DNA of 64,000 nt from a bacterium (GCA_963662285.2 CAXXMV010000001.1:832001-896000), one strand, 5' to 3'; positions 30,288 through 41,381 are shown, numbered from the stretch's first letter. Program-made: numbers and translations. Notes: a model not told the origin generated them from the sequence alone.

Positions 30288-31880
30288 ATGGACGTAATTA
30301 TTTGTCCTCAGTGTAGACATGAAAATCCTCTTGAGGCTTTTGTTTGCGAACAATGCAACGCAAACCTCAAACCTGTTAAATCTATCATCGATACAGCCAA
30401 TTCCCACTACAACGAAGCATTATCACTTGCCCATGAAGGCAAATTGGATGAGGCAATCGGTCAATTGGATGCGGCGATTGCTCTTTCTTCTCAAAATGCG
30501 GTTTATTTCAACCTTCTGGGAACCATTCAGGCGCAAAAAGGTCTTTTTAGCGAAGCCATCCATGCGTGGGAACAATGCCTTAATCTTAATCCGGAAATGG
30601 AAACAGCGCATCAAAATATCGAAAAAGCCCGTCGAATGGAAGAAATTCGCGCTGAAGATTTCGAAGAACAACCACAAAAGGTCAATTCTTTATTGATTGC
30701 CGCCGCTGCATGCGTGTTTCTGCTCACCACAATATTCGGCGGAATCAGTTCCTATATGAAATCCAATCGCATCACAACCTTAACCAATGATTTGATGGCA
30801 ATTCAGAAAGAATCAAGTTCCTGGAAGTCACAATTTGAATCTTTAACCGCTCAGTTTCCTCAAGAGGGAATTAACGGCGTTTTGAAAAAACTGACCCAAA
30901 ATGAAACACTCATCGCCGACAGAGATAAACGAATTGAAGCGCTCGAACTCAAGATTGAGAGAGCCAGCAGTAATTACAAAGAGCGCATGGATGGCTTTCG
31001 CTTGAAACTTCAGGAAAGCCAACAAGAAAAGAACCAGATGGCGACCGAATTAAAGATGATCGATAGTTTGAAAGAAATAATCGTTAATAACGAAACCCAA
31101 ATCGATCTGCTGCAGGAAAATATTACTTCCTTAAAAGAACAACTGGATTTAGCAAACAAACGAATAGAAACACATCGAAAGAATTTATTATTAGCCCAAG
31201 ACAATTTACGAGACATAAAAGAAAACCGCGATAGGATTCTTGAATCAAGTCGGAAAATCAATGAAAAATCAATCCAGGAACTGCGTAGCCAAATTTTGGA
31301 ACAACGCGATGAAATCGCAATTTGGCAAAGAAAATCTACCGATCAACAATATGCCGACACCTTGGTCATAGAAGCGCTAGATCACCTTAACAACAATAAA
31401 TTCAACCTTGTACAGCAGAATATCGAAACCGCCCTGGAGCGCTCTCCGGGACACCTGGTAGCACTCTATCTGCAAGAATTAATTGCAAAAATCCTAGACG
31501 ATCCTCTTGAACAGGAGATTCGTCGCCTGGAAACAATTGAAAGAAACACTCGTAGAGAAGAAATAAAAACGAAATTAATCGCTTTTAATCTGGAAAAAAC
31601 CAGGAAGCACTATGATTCTGGTAATTTCAGCCAGTCTATCAACTTAGCCCAACGCACGCTGGACCTAGAACCCCAAAATGCCAAAGACATCCAAAAACTC
31701 CATTCATTAATTTCTCAATCAGAAGAGCGAAACAAAGAAATTGTTTTATCACTGATTAAAGTGCGTAAAGACATAAAGTTGAAGAAATATAAGGAAGCTA
31801 ATGCATTGCTTCAACAAGTGTTAAAATACGCTCCGTCCCATGATGAAGCCATAGAATTACTAAAGGAAATCCCCCGGTAA
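30288..31880 (+). CDS. Zn-ribbon + TPR + TM + long coiled coil + TPR protein (paralog of 57039-58631)
   Basis: SD aaggag before ATG 30288; CPQC..CEQC; TPR helices; TM LLIAAAACVFLLTTIFGGI; heptad-rich middle. Confidence 0.8.
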   Translation: MDVIICPQCRHENPLEAFVCEQCNANLKPVKSIIDTANSHYNEALSLAHEGKLDEAIGQLDAAIALSSQNAVYFNLLGTIQAQKGLFSEAIHAWEQCLNLNPEMETAHQNIEKARRMEEIRAEDFEEQPQKVNSLLIAAAACVFLLTTIFGGISSYMKSNRITTLTNDLMAIQKESSSWKSQFESLTAQFPQEGINGVLKKLTQNETLIADRDKRIEALELKIERASSNYKERMDGFRLKLQESQQEKNQMATELKMIDSLKEIIVNNETQIDLLQENITSLKEQLDLANKRIETHRKNLLLAQDNLRDIKENRDRILESSRKINEKSIQELRSQILEQRDEIAIWQRKSTDQQYADTLVIEALDHLNNNKFNLVQQNIETALERSPGHLVALYLQELIAKILDDPLEQEIRRLETIERNTRREEIKTKLIAFNLEKTRKHYDSGNFSQSINLAQRTLDLEPQNAKDIQKLHSLISQSEERNKEIVLSLIKVRKDIKLKKYKEANALLQQVLKYAPSHDEAIELLKEIPR

Positions 31881-32161
31881 GACTAGCGGTTTGGATTCAG
31901 AATACATCATTTGCCTCGATGCTTGAGGAGATAGCCCATTTTTAAATGATATTGGTTAATCGGATTCACATAAAACGTTCTATAAGCGCCCACAAAGATT
32001 GGCTCGTTGACGACAAAACTTGATTAAAACTGGATATAGCGTTGAGAATATCTAAAGCCGAATATCTGCAATTCACAAAGAATAGAAAAAAGGAGTTAAA
32101 TTGGTTTATCATCTTAAAAAGAAGTTATTAACTCCTTGACATCAATAAGTACTGCTCCCTC

Positions 32162-32190
32162 TTGTATATATTTTTCACTGATAGTATAAT
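32162..32190 (+). promoter_or_regulatory. Sigma-70-type promoter of the nusA operon
   Basis: TTGTAT-17 bp-TATAAT. Confidence 0.7.
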
Positions 32191-32201
32191 TAGTATCGCG
32201 G

Positions 32202-32230
32202 AAGGTGGGGCATATCCCTGCCTTTTTTTT
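32202..32230 (+). terminator. Leader attenuator hairpin + T-tract upstream of nusA
   Basis: aaggtgggg-catat-ccctgcctt followed by a T run, just downstream of the promoter. Confidence 0.65.
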
Positions 32231-32333
32231 ACGCTATTGCCCCCTTATTCATTCCCAGCAAAAGCAGCAGGTTTTATATGGCGGGCATCTAAAGTATGGC
32301 GTGCGCGGATCAAAATCAATTTTGGTGTGAACG

Positions 32334-33764
32334 ATGTCAAAAGAAGTTCTCGATATTCTTAGCCGAATCGGTCTAGAGAAGAACATTCCTACCAGTACGC
32401 TCTTCGATGCACTGGAAGCAGCTCTAATTTCCGCTTCGAAGAAAATGCTCCCTCCAACCATGGAAGTAGCTGAAGCCGAACTAGACCGCGAAACTGGAGA
32501 TTTCCGTATTTACGCTAACATGGAAGTCGTGGAAACTGTAGAGGATGAAAACACGGATATTTCTCTCACAGAAGCGCGCGAATACGTTGAAGGCGTAGAA
32601 ATCGGAGAGGAATTGGTCATCGACGTAACTCCCGATGACTTTGGTCGTATAGCGGCCCAAAGCGCAAAACAAGTGATAACGCAACGCATCCGCGAAGCGG
32701 AGCGCGAAGTCATATTTGATAAATATAAGAACCGGATAGGCGATTTAGTCGCTGGTACAATTCAACGATACGAACGCGGTAATGTAATAGTCGATTTAGG
32801 AAATGCTGATGCAGTTCTTCCATCTAAAGAACAAGCGACTGGCGAACGATATCGTTACGGAGAGCGCATAAAAGCTATAATTGCTGACATCCAGAAATCA
32901 TCCAAAGACGCTCAAATTATTCTCTCACGCACCAATCCAGCATTGGTTCTCAAACTATTTGAACAAGAAGTCGCTGAGATTCGTGATGGCATCGTAACCG
33001 TGCGCCTTATTGCCCGCGAACCGGGAAAACGCACCAAGATTGCGGTTCTTTCATCGGACAGCGATGTTGATCCAGTCGGAGCCTGTGTAGGCATGAAGGG
33101 TTCCCGCGTACAGATGGTTGTACAGGAATTACGTGGAGAACGTATTGATATCATTGAATATAGCAGTGATAAACGCAGATTCGTCGCCAATGCGTTAAAA
33201 CCAGCCAATATTGAAAGCGTTGAATATGATGAAGATCGTGGTCGCGCTATGCTGGTGGTTAGAGATGAAGAACTTGCCCTAGCTATCGGAAAAGGCGGAC
33301 TAAACGCACGCCTGGCCTCCAATCTTACCGGCGTTGAAATTGATATCATTTCAGAGTCTCAGGTAGCGGAACGCGAACGTATGGCCAAACAGGAACTATT
33401 GAAAATCCCTTCAGTTGGCGATAAATGGGCCGACTCATTCCTGGCCAAAGGTATAATTAAAGCAAAAGACATTATCTCAACTGGACTGGAAGGTCTATCT
33501 GAGATTGAAGGACTCGACAAGGAGACCGCTGCAAAAATTATTCAAGAAACAAATGATTTTCTCAGCGGTAAGAGCATAGTTCAAGCAGAAAATGAACCTA
33601 CAACCTCGGAAGAACCAGAAATAAGCGATTCTTCCGATAATGCACTTGCTAGCGAAACTTCTGCAGAAGATCAATCAGAGAAATCCCGCGTCGATAATTC
33701 ACCTGTTGAAGTTTATGAAGATGAGTCTTCAGAACTTGAACAGGAAACAGAGGTTTCATCATAA
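32334..33764 (+). CDS. nusA: Transcription termination/antitermination factor NusA
   Basis: FGRIAAQSAKQVI, AREPGKRTKIAV, DPVGACVGMKGSRV, AIGKGGLNARLA; acidic tail. Confidence 0.98.
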   Translation: MSKEVLDILSRIGLEKNIPTSTLFDALEAALISASKKMLPPTMEVAEAELDRETGDFRIYANMEVVETVEDENTDISLTEAREYVEGVEIGEELVIDVTPDDFGRIAAQSAKQVITQRIREAEREVIFDKYKNRIGDLVAGTIQRYERGNVIVDLGNADAVLPSKEQATGERYRYGERIKAIIADIQKSSKDAQIILSRTNPALVLKLFEQEVAEIRDGIVTVRLIAREPGKRTKIAVLSSDSDVDPVGACVGMKGSRVQMVVQELRGERIDIIEYSSDKRRFVANALKPANIESVEYDEDRGRAMLVVRDEELALAIGKGGLNARLASNLTGVEIDIISESQVAERERMAKQELLKIPSVGDKWADSFLAKGIIKAKDIISTGLEGLSEIEGLDKETAAKIIQETNDFLSGKSIVQAENEPTTSEEPEISDSSDNALASETSAEDQSEKSRVDNSPVEVYEDESSELEQETEVSS

Positions 33765-33818
33765 CGATTATATTGATTTGCGAATTAGGTAAATCACCCT
33801 TCAAAGGTAATTGCTTTT

Positions 33819-36575
33819 ATGAGAATTAATCAGATTGCTCGGAAATATGGGCTCGAAAACAAAATCATCATTGACTACCTGGACTCGATTGGCGTTCCGG
33901 GCAAAAGCCACAGTTCTTCAGTCGATGAGAGCACCATAGAGCTTGTACTTCAACATTTTGACATGTTGAAATCTAAAGCAGAAGCAGAAGAACCTAAAGA
34001 AGTTAATAAAAGATTTGCAAAAATTCGTCGACCAAAAAGTTGGAAACCTTCAGATCAAGATAGCGACCATGATAACGCCAAATCACTGGAAGACATCAAA
34101 GAGGTCGAGCCGCCGCAAATTGTGGAACAGCCCAAACCTCCCCTTGCGCCAGTTACAGCCGCATCAACATCAGAAATCACGCCCCAACTGGATAAAGAAG
34201 ATATGATGCTTCCCGCAGAAGAAGTTCTAACTGAAAAGAATGCCGAAAAAACCGCTGATAAGGTTCCTGTACAGGTTGCTGAACAGAACGTGATTGATAT
34301 TCCCAAACCGCAGCAACCAGTCGCTCAAAGACCTCCTAAAGAAAAAAAAGCGGCGAAAAGAAATAAACTTAAACCGATTCCTCTGGATGTTATAAAAATC
34401 CGCCAAGGAGAACCTCAGATAATTATTGAAGCGCCTGAAATTCCTACTGCAAGTATAGATGCTACTGATTCATTCACAGAAATAAAAGAGAAAAAGCCCA
34501 AAATAAAAGAGCGCGCCAAAGGGCACGATGAAGATGAGGCTATCCGCCGCGAAATTCAAAAATTGAAGATGAAGCAGCGGAAAGCGGCGGAACCAGAAAA
34601 ACCGCCAAAGCAAAAACACGAGCCAGTTCAAAAACAGCAGGAAGTAACGCCGCAAAAGCAACAACCCAAATCTGCTGTTAAACCTGCTCGCCCTACTCAT
34701 CGCAGACCGGCAAAACCCCCTTCACGAGGCAAAAAGGGCAAACAAGCATGGAAGCGTGAAAAACGTGAAAAACGCGAAATGCTCATCGCCAGAGAAGCGG
34801 AACAGTTTGAGCGCGACAAGACAATCCTCAAGGTGCATGATGCTACTACGGTAGCTGATGTCGCTAATGGATTAGGCATCATGCCCGCCACTCTGATTCA
34901 AAAACTAATTACTTTAGGCGTGATGGTATCCATTAATCAGCCGCTTGAATTTGACACAATCCAGATCATAGCCGACGAATTTGATTTTCAGGTTGAAAAA
35001 GTTGATCTGTTTAATAATGATATTTTCGCTCAGCTATGGCAGGAAGATACTAAACAAGAACAGATGATCCCTCGGTCTCCTGTAGTTACAATCATGGGAC
35101 ATGTGGATCATGGTAAAACCAAATTACTTGACGCCGTACGCAGTTCCGATGTTGTTTCAGGAGAAGCTGGTGGCATTACACAGCATATCGGAGCGTATCA
35201 CGTCAATACTCCAGGCGGAGATATAGTTTTCCTCGATACGCCTGGCCACGAAGCATTTACCGCCATGCGCGCACGCGGCGCCATGGTTACTGACATAGTT
35301 ATTCTTGTCGTCTCCGCAGCGGATGGCGTGATGCCTCAGACTATTGAAGCCATACACCACGCCAAAGCGGCTGACGTACCTATAATTGTCGCCATTAACA
35401 AAATTGATCTGGAAAGCGCTAATCCCGACCGGGTCAAGCAGCAATTGGCCGAACACGGTTTAACGCCAGAGGATTGGGGCGGGGACGTCGTTATGATCCA
35501 TCTTTCCGCCCTAAAGAAAATCGGTATTGAAGATCTGCTGGAAAGCGTTCTTCTGCAATCTGAAATTTTAGAACTCAAGGCTGATCCTGCTGCTCGAGCG
35601 CGAGGCACAATTATTGAAGGCCGCCTGGAACAAGGTCGCGGCCCCATCGCTACAGTTTTAATTCAACAAGGTTCGCTTAAAATCGGGGATCCCTTCGTAA
35701 CCGGAGTATACTCCGGACGCATCAAGGCTATGCAAGACGAGCATGGCAACCCGATTTTAGAGGCGGGGCCATCAACTCCGGTTGAAATTCTGGGCATTGA
35801 AGACGTGCCCAGCGCAGGCGATCCATTCATCGTAGTTAAAGATGATGCGCAAGCTAAACATATCAGCGCCAAATTACAGCAAATTCAACGCGAACGAGAT
35901 CTGCGCCGCACGCATCACGTTACTCTGGAAGACTTGCATACTCAGATTGAAGAGGGCGCTATCAAAGACCTTCAGGTGATTATCAAAGGCGATGTACAAG
36001 GCTCCGTCGGCGCCGTATGCGAAAGCCTGATGAAGATTGAAAGCAGTAAAGTGCGTATTGACATTCTCCATAGCGGAGTTGGAGCAATATCCGAATCAGA
36101 CGTTATGCTCGCCTCGGCATCTAACGCCCTAATAATCGGCTTTAACGTCCGGCCTCATCCGCAGGTTTCTGATATTGCCAAGCGGGAACATGTTGATATC
36201 CGCACATATCGTATTATTTATCAAATAATTTCTGATATCAAAAACGCCATGGAGGGAATGCTGGAAAAGACCTACGAGGAAAAAATCCTCGGTCGCGGCG
36301 AAGTACGGGAAGTATTCCGTCTGTCACGTGGTCTCAGCATCGCTGGATTATTCATCCAGGATGGCAGTCTTTTACGCAATTTACCGGTTCGTTTATTACG
36401 CGATTCAGTCGTAATTCACGAAGGAAAGTTATCTTCTTTACGACGTTTCAAAGAAGATGTACGTGAAGTTCAATCAGGATTCGAATGTGGTATTGGTCTG
36501 GAAAGGTTTAACGATATTAGAGATGGCGACATCCTTGAGTGTTACAAACTTGAGGAATTAGCGCCCTCCCTTTAG
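33819..36575 (+). CDS. infB: Translation initiation factor IF-2
   Basis: [46 protein letters not shown]. Confidence 0.98.
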   Translation: MRINQIARKYGLENKIIIDYLDSIGVPGKSHSSSVDESTIELVLQHFDMLKSKAEAEEPKEVNKRFAKIRRPKSWKPSDQDSDHDNAKSLEDIKEVEPPQIVEQPKPPLAPVTAASTSEITPQLDKEDMMLPAEEVLTEKNAEKTADKVPVQVAEQNVIDIPKPQQPVAQRPPKEKKAAKRNKLKPIPLDVIKIRQGEPQIIIEAPEIPTASIDATDSFTEIKEKKPKIKERAKGHDEDEAIRREIQKLKMKQRKAAEPEKPPKQKHEPVQKQQEVTPQKQQPKSAVKPARPTHRRPAKPPSRGKKGKQAWKREKREKREMLIAREAEQFERDKTILKVHDATTVADVANGLGIMPATLIQKLITLGVMVSINQPLEFDTIQIIADEFDFQVEKVDLFNNDIFAQLWQEDTKQEQMIPRSPVVTIMGHVDHGKTKLLDAVRSSDVVSGEAGGITQHIGAYHVNTPGGDIVFLDTPGHEAFTAMRARGAMVTDIVILVVSAADGVMPQTIEAIHHAKAADVPIIVAINKIDLESANPDRVKQQLAEHGLTPEDWGGDVVMIHLSALKKIGIEDLLESVLLQSEILELKADPAARARGTIIEGRLEQGRGPIATVLIQQGSLKIGDPFVTGVYSGRIKAMQDEHGNPILEAGPSTPVEILGIEDVPSAGDPFIVVKDDAQAKHISAKLQQIQRERDLRRTHHVTLEDLHTQIEEGAIKDLQVIIKGDVQGSVGAVCESLMKIESSKVRIDILHSGVGAISESDVMLASASNALIIGFNVRPHPQVSDIAKREHVDIRTYRIIYQIISDIKNAMEGMLEKTYEEKILGRGEVREVFRLSRGLSIAGLFIQDGSLLRNLPVRLLRDSVVIHEGKLSSLRRFKEDVREVQSGFECGIGLERFNDIRDGDILECYKLEELAPSL

Positions 36576-36614
36576 CAGTCAGCGCATGTCTTGCGAAGTT
36601 ATCGGCGGTTAAAA

Positions 36615-36896
36615 ATGTTTGTCGGAGTACTCGAAGTTTCCTTCCAAATTCCAGCAGCTAATTCGCTTAAAGATAAGCGGAAAATCGTCAAAAGCATCAA
36701 GGATCGCATCCAACATAGATTCAATATTTCGCTCGCCGAGACCGAAGGACAAAATACATGGCAACTATGCAGTTTTGCCGTTGCCATGGTAGCAAATCAA
36801 AAAATTGCTATAGAACGGGATCTTAACCGGATTATTGATCTAATAGAATCTGTACCGGAAATCAACCTGACGGATCAAATCATCGAATATTACTAG
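36615..36896 (+). CDS. DUF503 (YlxP-like) protein
   Basis: SLKDKRKIVKSIKDRI..FNISLAE; conserved position between infB and rbfA. Confidence 0.85.
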   Translation: MFVGVLEVSFQIPAANSLKDKRKIVKSIKDRIQHRFNISLAETEGQNTWQLCSFAVAMVANQKIAIERDLNRIIDLIESVPEINLTDQIIEYY

Positions 36897-36958
36897 GTAG
36901 AAACAATCCCCAAACTATAATTTCTTTATGAAATTCATTTTTGGGATCAAATTTTCAA

Positions 36959-37333
36959 ATGACCCAGCATAAAACATATAGAATTCAACAGATTAATAAA
37001 TTACTAAAAGATGAAATATCTGCAATTCTTCTTACGGAATTACAAGATGATCGCCTTTTATCAATTACCGTTACAGAAGTACGCGCTTCGCGCGACTTGC
37101 ATAATGCAATTGTGTTTATTACAACGCATAAAAATGAGAATATTACCCAATTTCTTGATATAGTTAATAAAAGAAGCGGTTATATTCGCAAGTTACTCTA
37201 TGCACGATTGCGGCTTAAACGCATTCCCGCCATGGAATTCCGTTACGATGATTCTCTTGATATAGCTGAACGCATTTTTAGTACACTAGAAATAATCGAC
37301 CAGGGCGCTGAAGATGAAATGCCTGAGGTATAA
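36959..37333 (+). CDS. rbfA: Ribosome-binding factor A
   Basis: ITVTEVRASRDL..A.VF, LRLKRIPAMEFRYDDSL; synteny. Confidence 0.92.
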   Translation: MTQHKTYRIQQINKLLKDEISAILLTELQDDRLLSITVTEVRASRDLHNAIVFITTHKNENITQFLDIVNKRSGYIRKLLYARLRLKRIPAMEFRYDDSLDIAERIFSTLEIIDQGAEDEMPEV

Positions 37334-38281
37334 ATGAAATCGAAACCGATAATAAACGGTGTAATTAATATTGATAAACCTGCGCATATGACATCGCATG
37401 ATGTTGTAGATGTAATTCGCAGAGCTGCAAATGAGCGCCAGGTCGGTCATACCGGCACTTTAGATCCCATGGCCACAGGCGTTCTACCTATTTGCATTGG
37501 CCAGGCAACCAAAATCCAACAATTTCTGATCGCTCAAAATAAAGAATATGTGGTCGATATGCAACTAGGTTTAGTTGCTGATACTCAGGATACTACAGGT
37601 AAAATCCTCGAAGAAACTGAAGTTAAAAAATTCTCTGAGCAGGATATTCTTAATGTATTAGAAGATTTTAAGGGCGAATTAGAGCAAATACCCCCTATGG
37701 TTTCAGCAAAACATCATAAAGGAAAACGTCTTTATGAACTTGCTCGTCAAGGGATTGAGGTGAAACGAGACCCTTGTAAGATTATCATCGACCAACTAAT
37801 ATTAGAAGATGTATCTCTGCCCTTTATTAAATTTCGGGTAGTATGTGGAAAAGGTACTTATATTCGCACATTATGCCATGATATTGGACAAATATTAGGC
37901 TGTGGGGCAGTTATGTCCGGTCTGGTTCGCACTCGTTGCGGATCATTTCATATTGATGACTCTACTCCCTTGAATGAACTAAAATCTAAAGACGATGTCG
38001 AGCAGAAAATATGCAGCCTTAATGATGCGCTTTCAGTCTATCCTTCCATTGTAATCGGACAGGATGGAAAAGCAGCTGTCCGTTGCGGTCGCCCTCTTTC
38101 CGGAGGTTCGATAACACGACGTAATGGAGAATTTGTGATCGGGGAACTGGTGCGTATAACAGGCCGTGATGGTTCCTTGATTGGAATCGGAGAAGCAGTG
38201 ATGAATTCAGAACAACTGGATTCGCTTGCAGGAAATATGAGAGTAATTAAGCCAGTGAAAATTTTTCAGCCAACTCATTAA
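37334..38281 (+). CDS. truB: tRNA pseudouridine(55) synthase
   Basis: IDKP..TSHDVV, GHTGTLDPMATG, PPMVSAK, KGTYIRTL. Confidence 0.97.
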   Translation: MKSKPIINGVINIDKPAHMTSHDVVDVIRRAANERQVGHTGTLDPMATGVLPICIGQATKIQQFLIAQNKEYVVDMQLGLVADTQDTTGKILEETEVKKFSEQDILNVLEDFKGELEQIPPMVSAKHHKGKRLYELARQGIEVKRDPCKIIIDQLILEDVSLPFIKFRVVCGKGTYIRTLCHDIGQILGCGAVMSGLVRTRCGSFHIDDSTPLNELKSKDDVEQKICSLNDALSVYPSIVIGQDGKAAVRCGRPLSGGSITRRNGEFVIGELVRITGRDGSLIGIGEAVMNSEQLDSLAGNMRVIKPVKIFQPTH

Positions 38282-38381
38282 AGTGATTATCTAATTACCC
38301 AGGTAAGTTTGATGATCCCTTTGATATTGGCAAAATTTATCCTATAAAAAATAGTTATTTTGATTTCCAGGAGGTTAAACC

Positions 38382-38651
38382 TTGTCCATCACAATTGAAA
38401 AAAAACAAGAATTAATTGAATCATTTAAGATTCACGAATCTGACACCGGGTCGCCTGAAGTGCAAATTGCGATTTTGTCTGAAAAAATCAAAAACCTGAC
38501 AGAACATTTCAAGATCCATAAGAAAGATCATCATTCACGTCGTGGATTAATTATGATGGTAAGCCATCGTCGACGTTTGTTAGATTACTTAAAAGGTAAA
38601 GAAGTAGGTCGTTACCGCAAAATTATCGGAGAATTAGGGCTGCGCCGCTAA
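38382..38651 (+). CDS. rpsO: 30S ribosomal protein S15
   Basis: [21 protein letters not shown]; TTG start with ggaggt SD. Confidence 0.98.
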   Translation: MSITIEKKQELIESFKIHESDTGSPEVQIAILSEKIKNLTEHFKIHKKDHHSRRGLIMMVSHRRRLLDYLKGKEVGRYRKIIGELGLRR

Positions 38652-38686
38652 TTGGTATAAACGCCGCCCTCGATGAAAGAAGCGCT

Positions 38687-38810
38687 CAGGAAAGGGAGTT
38701 ATAAAGGATTTTATGTTTCCCGCCACCCTGATTAGGAGGTTGAAGGTTTTACTTGAACCTTTCACCTCCTAGTCTGGGTGACGTAGGGCTTTCCTTTACT
38801 CCCATTCCTG
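38687..38810 (+). promoter_or_regulatory. Long stem-loop in the rpsO-pnp intergenic leader (probable RNase III processing stem)
   Basis: 38724-38748 pairs with 38756-38780 (23/25 including G-U); outer arm 38687-38708 pairs with 38792-38810. Confidence 0.7.
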
Positions 38811-38951
38811 CCGCATATTCAACTTACGTTAGAGGGATTCTGGCGATTAACCGCTTTTTGAATCCTTCTTCACTACCAGTTTATCCTTTCATCGAGTTTT
38901 GGCATGTATTACGCTGCTATTTCAGTCAGCCAAAGATGAAAGGAAAACTCA

Positions 38952-41321
38952 ATGAATGAAACGTCACCTGTATTAAATCCCAATGTAACATCCATATCCA
39001 AAGAAATCGGCGGAAGGCAACTAACGCTGGAATTTGGAAAACTAGGCAAGCAAGCCGGCGCCACTGTAACTGCCCGTTATGCGGACACTATGGTTATGGC
39101 TTCTGTTTGCTCCGCAGTTTCACGCCGTGAGGACATCGATTTCTTCCCCCTTACCGTGGATTATCGTGAACCCATGTGGGCCGCTGGCAAATTCCCCGGA
39201 GGATTCTTCAAACGCGAAGGACGTCCGACTGATCGCGAAACTCTCACTTCACGCTGCATTGATCGCCCCATTCGCCCTCTGTTTCCTGAAGGATATAAAG
39301 ATGAAGTTCAACTTCTTCTTAAAGTATTAGCCTACGATGGAGTAAACGATTCTGATATCGTTGGCATGATTGCCGCCTTTGCAGCTTTAGAGGTTTCCGA
39401 CATCCCGTTCCAGGGTCCAGTCGGAGCAGTACGTATTGGCCGCAACGACGATGTCCTAGTCGTCAATCCAACCGCCTTACAAGTTGAAGATGGAACCATT
39501 AATTTCACCGTCGCTGGTTCCAAAAAAGCCATCATGATGGTCGAGGGCGCGGCTAATGAACTTCCCGAAGATATTATCCTCGACGCCTTGGATCTTGCTC
39601 AGCAAACTATCCGCGAAGTTATTGAACTTATCGAGGAATTCAAATCCAAATGCGGTAAAGAGAAGAAAGAATTCATCCCACCCGAAGTTGATCAGGCGCT
39701 TAAAGACCGCGTTAGTGAGTTGGCTTCAAGCCGGGTTTCTGAAGCAAACACTATTCCTGACAAACACGAACGCCAGGAAGCCTTGGACGCTATTCTTGCC
39801 GAAACCGCGGAACAAATTATCAAGGAAATTGAAGACGCGCATAAATCGGCTGTAGAAAACGGCGCCATTTCGGCTGATGACGATGAAGCAAAAGAAGCCC
39901 ACAAGAAACAAATCAAAGATGCTGCTAAAGATATTAAAAATCTTTATCACGATCTTGAAAAAAAGGTCATGCGCGACCGGATTCTCTATGAGCGTTTGCG
40001 CAGCGACAACCGTAAAACAGATGAAATTAGACAGATCAGCTGTGAATTAGGCATAATTCCCCGTGCACACGGTTCGGCGCTATTTACCCGTGGTCAAACC
40101 CAGGCTTTGGTTGTTGCTACTCTGGGAACTATTGACGATGAACAGAAAATCGATGGCATTCGACCTGATTACTTTAAAAAATTCGTTTTACATTATAATT
40201 TCCCTCCATTCAGCGTTGGCGAAGTCCGACCAATGCGTGGTCCAGGCCGAAGAGAAATTGGACATGGAGCGCTGGCTGAACGCGCCCTTGTTCCACTACT
40301 GCCAGGCCACGAAGATTTCCCTTATACGGTCCGCCTTGCATCGGAAATTCTCGAATCCAACGGTTCATCTTCCATGGCTAGCGTGTGCGGCGGTTCTCTG
40401 GCATTAATGGATGCAGGCATCCCGCTTAATGCCCCAGTTGCCGGTATCGCCATGGGATTGATATCAGATGGCGATAAATACGCCATCCTCTCAGATATCC
40501 TGGGTGTTGAAGATCACTTGGGCGACATGGACTTCAAAGTAACCGGAACCCGTAATGGCATCACCGCCTTCCAGATGGATCTTAAGATCGAAGGAATTGA
40601 TCGATCTATCATGGCCGAAGCCCTTGAGCAAGCGAAAAATGGACGGCTTCACATTTTGGGAATCATGGATCAAACTATCGATAAACCACGTGAAGCCATC
40701 AGCCCATTTGCGCCAAGGATTCAGATAATCAAGATTCCGATTGAGAAAATTCGCGACGTCATAGGACCAAGCGGCCGAATGATCCGCAAGATCATCCAGG
40801 AGACCGGCGCCAAGATCGATATCGACGATGACGGTCAGGTGGTAATTGCGGCAAATGATGAAGAAGCTGGAACCAAGGCTCGTGAGTGGATCGAAACCCT
40901 TACGGAAGAAGTCGAGGTTGGCAAAGTTTATAAAGGCAAGGTTACCCGCTTAATGAACTTCGGCGCCTTTGCCGAAATCATCCCTGGACAGGAAGGCTTG
41001 ATCCATATTTCTGAACTGGCCGAGGGTCGTGTTGAAGCAGTCGAGGATGTAATTAATGAAGGCGACAAAATTGATGTCCAGGTTATCGAGATCGATGATC
41101 TGGGCCGCATCAACTTAAGCAAGAAAATGGCTGACCGTACTTTAGGCCGAACTGCCCCGGAAGATTATCAAGATCGCGAGAAGAAGCGTGATAGCGACCG
41201 AGGCGGACGAAGCGGCGGCGGTCGCCCCGGCGGTGACCGCGGTGGACGTAGCGGCGGCGGCGACCGTGGTGGTCGCAGCGGCGGTGGTGGACGCCCCGGC
41301 GGCGGCGGTGGTCGACGCTAA
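38952..41321 (+). CDS. pnp: Polyribonucleotide nucleotidyltransferase (PNPase) with RGG-rich tail
   Basis: FFPLTVDY, GGFFKREG, RREIGHG, ESNGSSSMA, GDMDFKV, KH and S1 domains. Confidence 0.98.
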   Translation: MNETSPVLNPNVTSISKEIGGRQLTLEFGKLGKQAGATVTARYADTMVMASVCSAVSRREDIDFFPLTVDYREPMWAAGKFPGGFFKREGRPTDRETLTSRCIDRPIRPLFPEGYKDEVQLLLKVLAYDGVNDSDIVGMIAAFAALEVSDIPFQGPVGAVRIGRNDDVLVVNPTALQVEDGTINFTVAGSKKAIMMVEGAANELPEDIILDALDLAQQTIREVIELIEEFKSKCGKEKKEFIPPEVDQALKDRVSELASSRVSEANTIPDKHERQEALDAILAETAEQIIKEIEDAHKSAVENGAISADDDEAKEAHKKQIKDAAKDIKNLYHDLEKKVMRDRILYERLRSDNRKTDEIRQISCELGIIPRAHGSALFTRGQTQALVVATLGTIDDEQKIDGIRPDYFKKFVLHYNFPPFSVGEVRPMRGPGRREIGHGALAERALVPLLPGHEDFPYTVRLASEILESNGSSSMASVCGGSLALMDAGIPLNAPVAGIAMGLISDGDKYAILSDILGVEDHLGDMDFKVTGTRNGITAFQMDLKIEGIDRSIMAEALEQAKNGRLHILGIMDQTIDKPREAISPFAPRIQIIKIPIEKIRDVIGPSGRMIRKIIQETGAKIDIDDDGQVVIAANDEEAGTKAREWIETLTEEVEVGKVYKGKVTRLMNFGAFAEIIPGQEGLIHISELAEGRVEAVEDVINEGDKIDVQVIEIDDLGRINLSKKMADRTLGRTAPEDYQDREKKRDSDRGGRSGGGRPGGDRGGRSGGGDRGGRSGGGGRPGGGGGRR

Positions 41322-41343
41322 GCCAAATCAATAAGATAACTAT

Positions 41344-41381
41344 AAAGCCAGCAGCTATGTTATTAGCTGCTGGCTTTTTTT
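41344..41381 (+). terminator. Intrinsic terminator after pnp
   Basis: aaagccagcagcta-loop-tagctgctggcttt followed by a T run. Confidence 0.9.

Noticed and set aside
38753-38959. 68-aa ORF between rpsO and pnp
   Set aside because: It starts inside the RNA stem-loop, has no recognisable motif, and is better explained as leader RNA.
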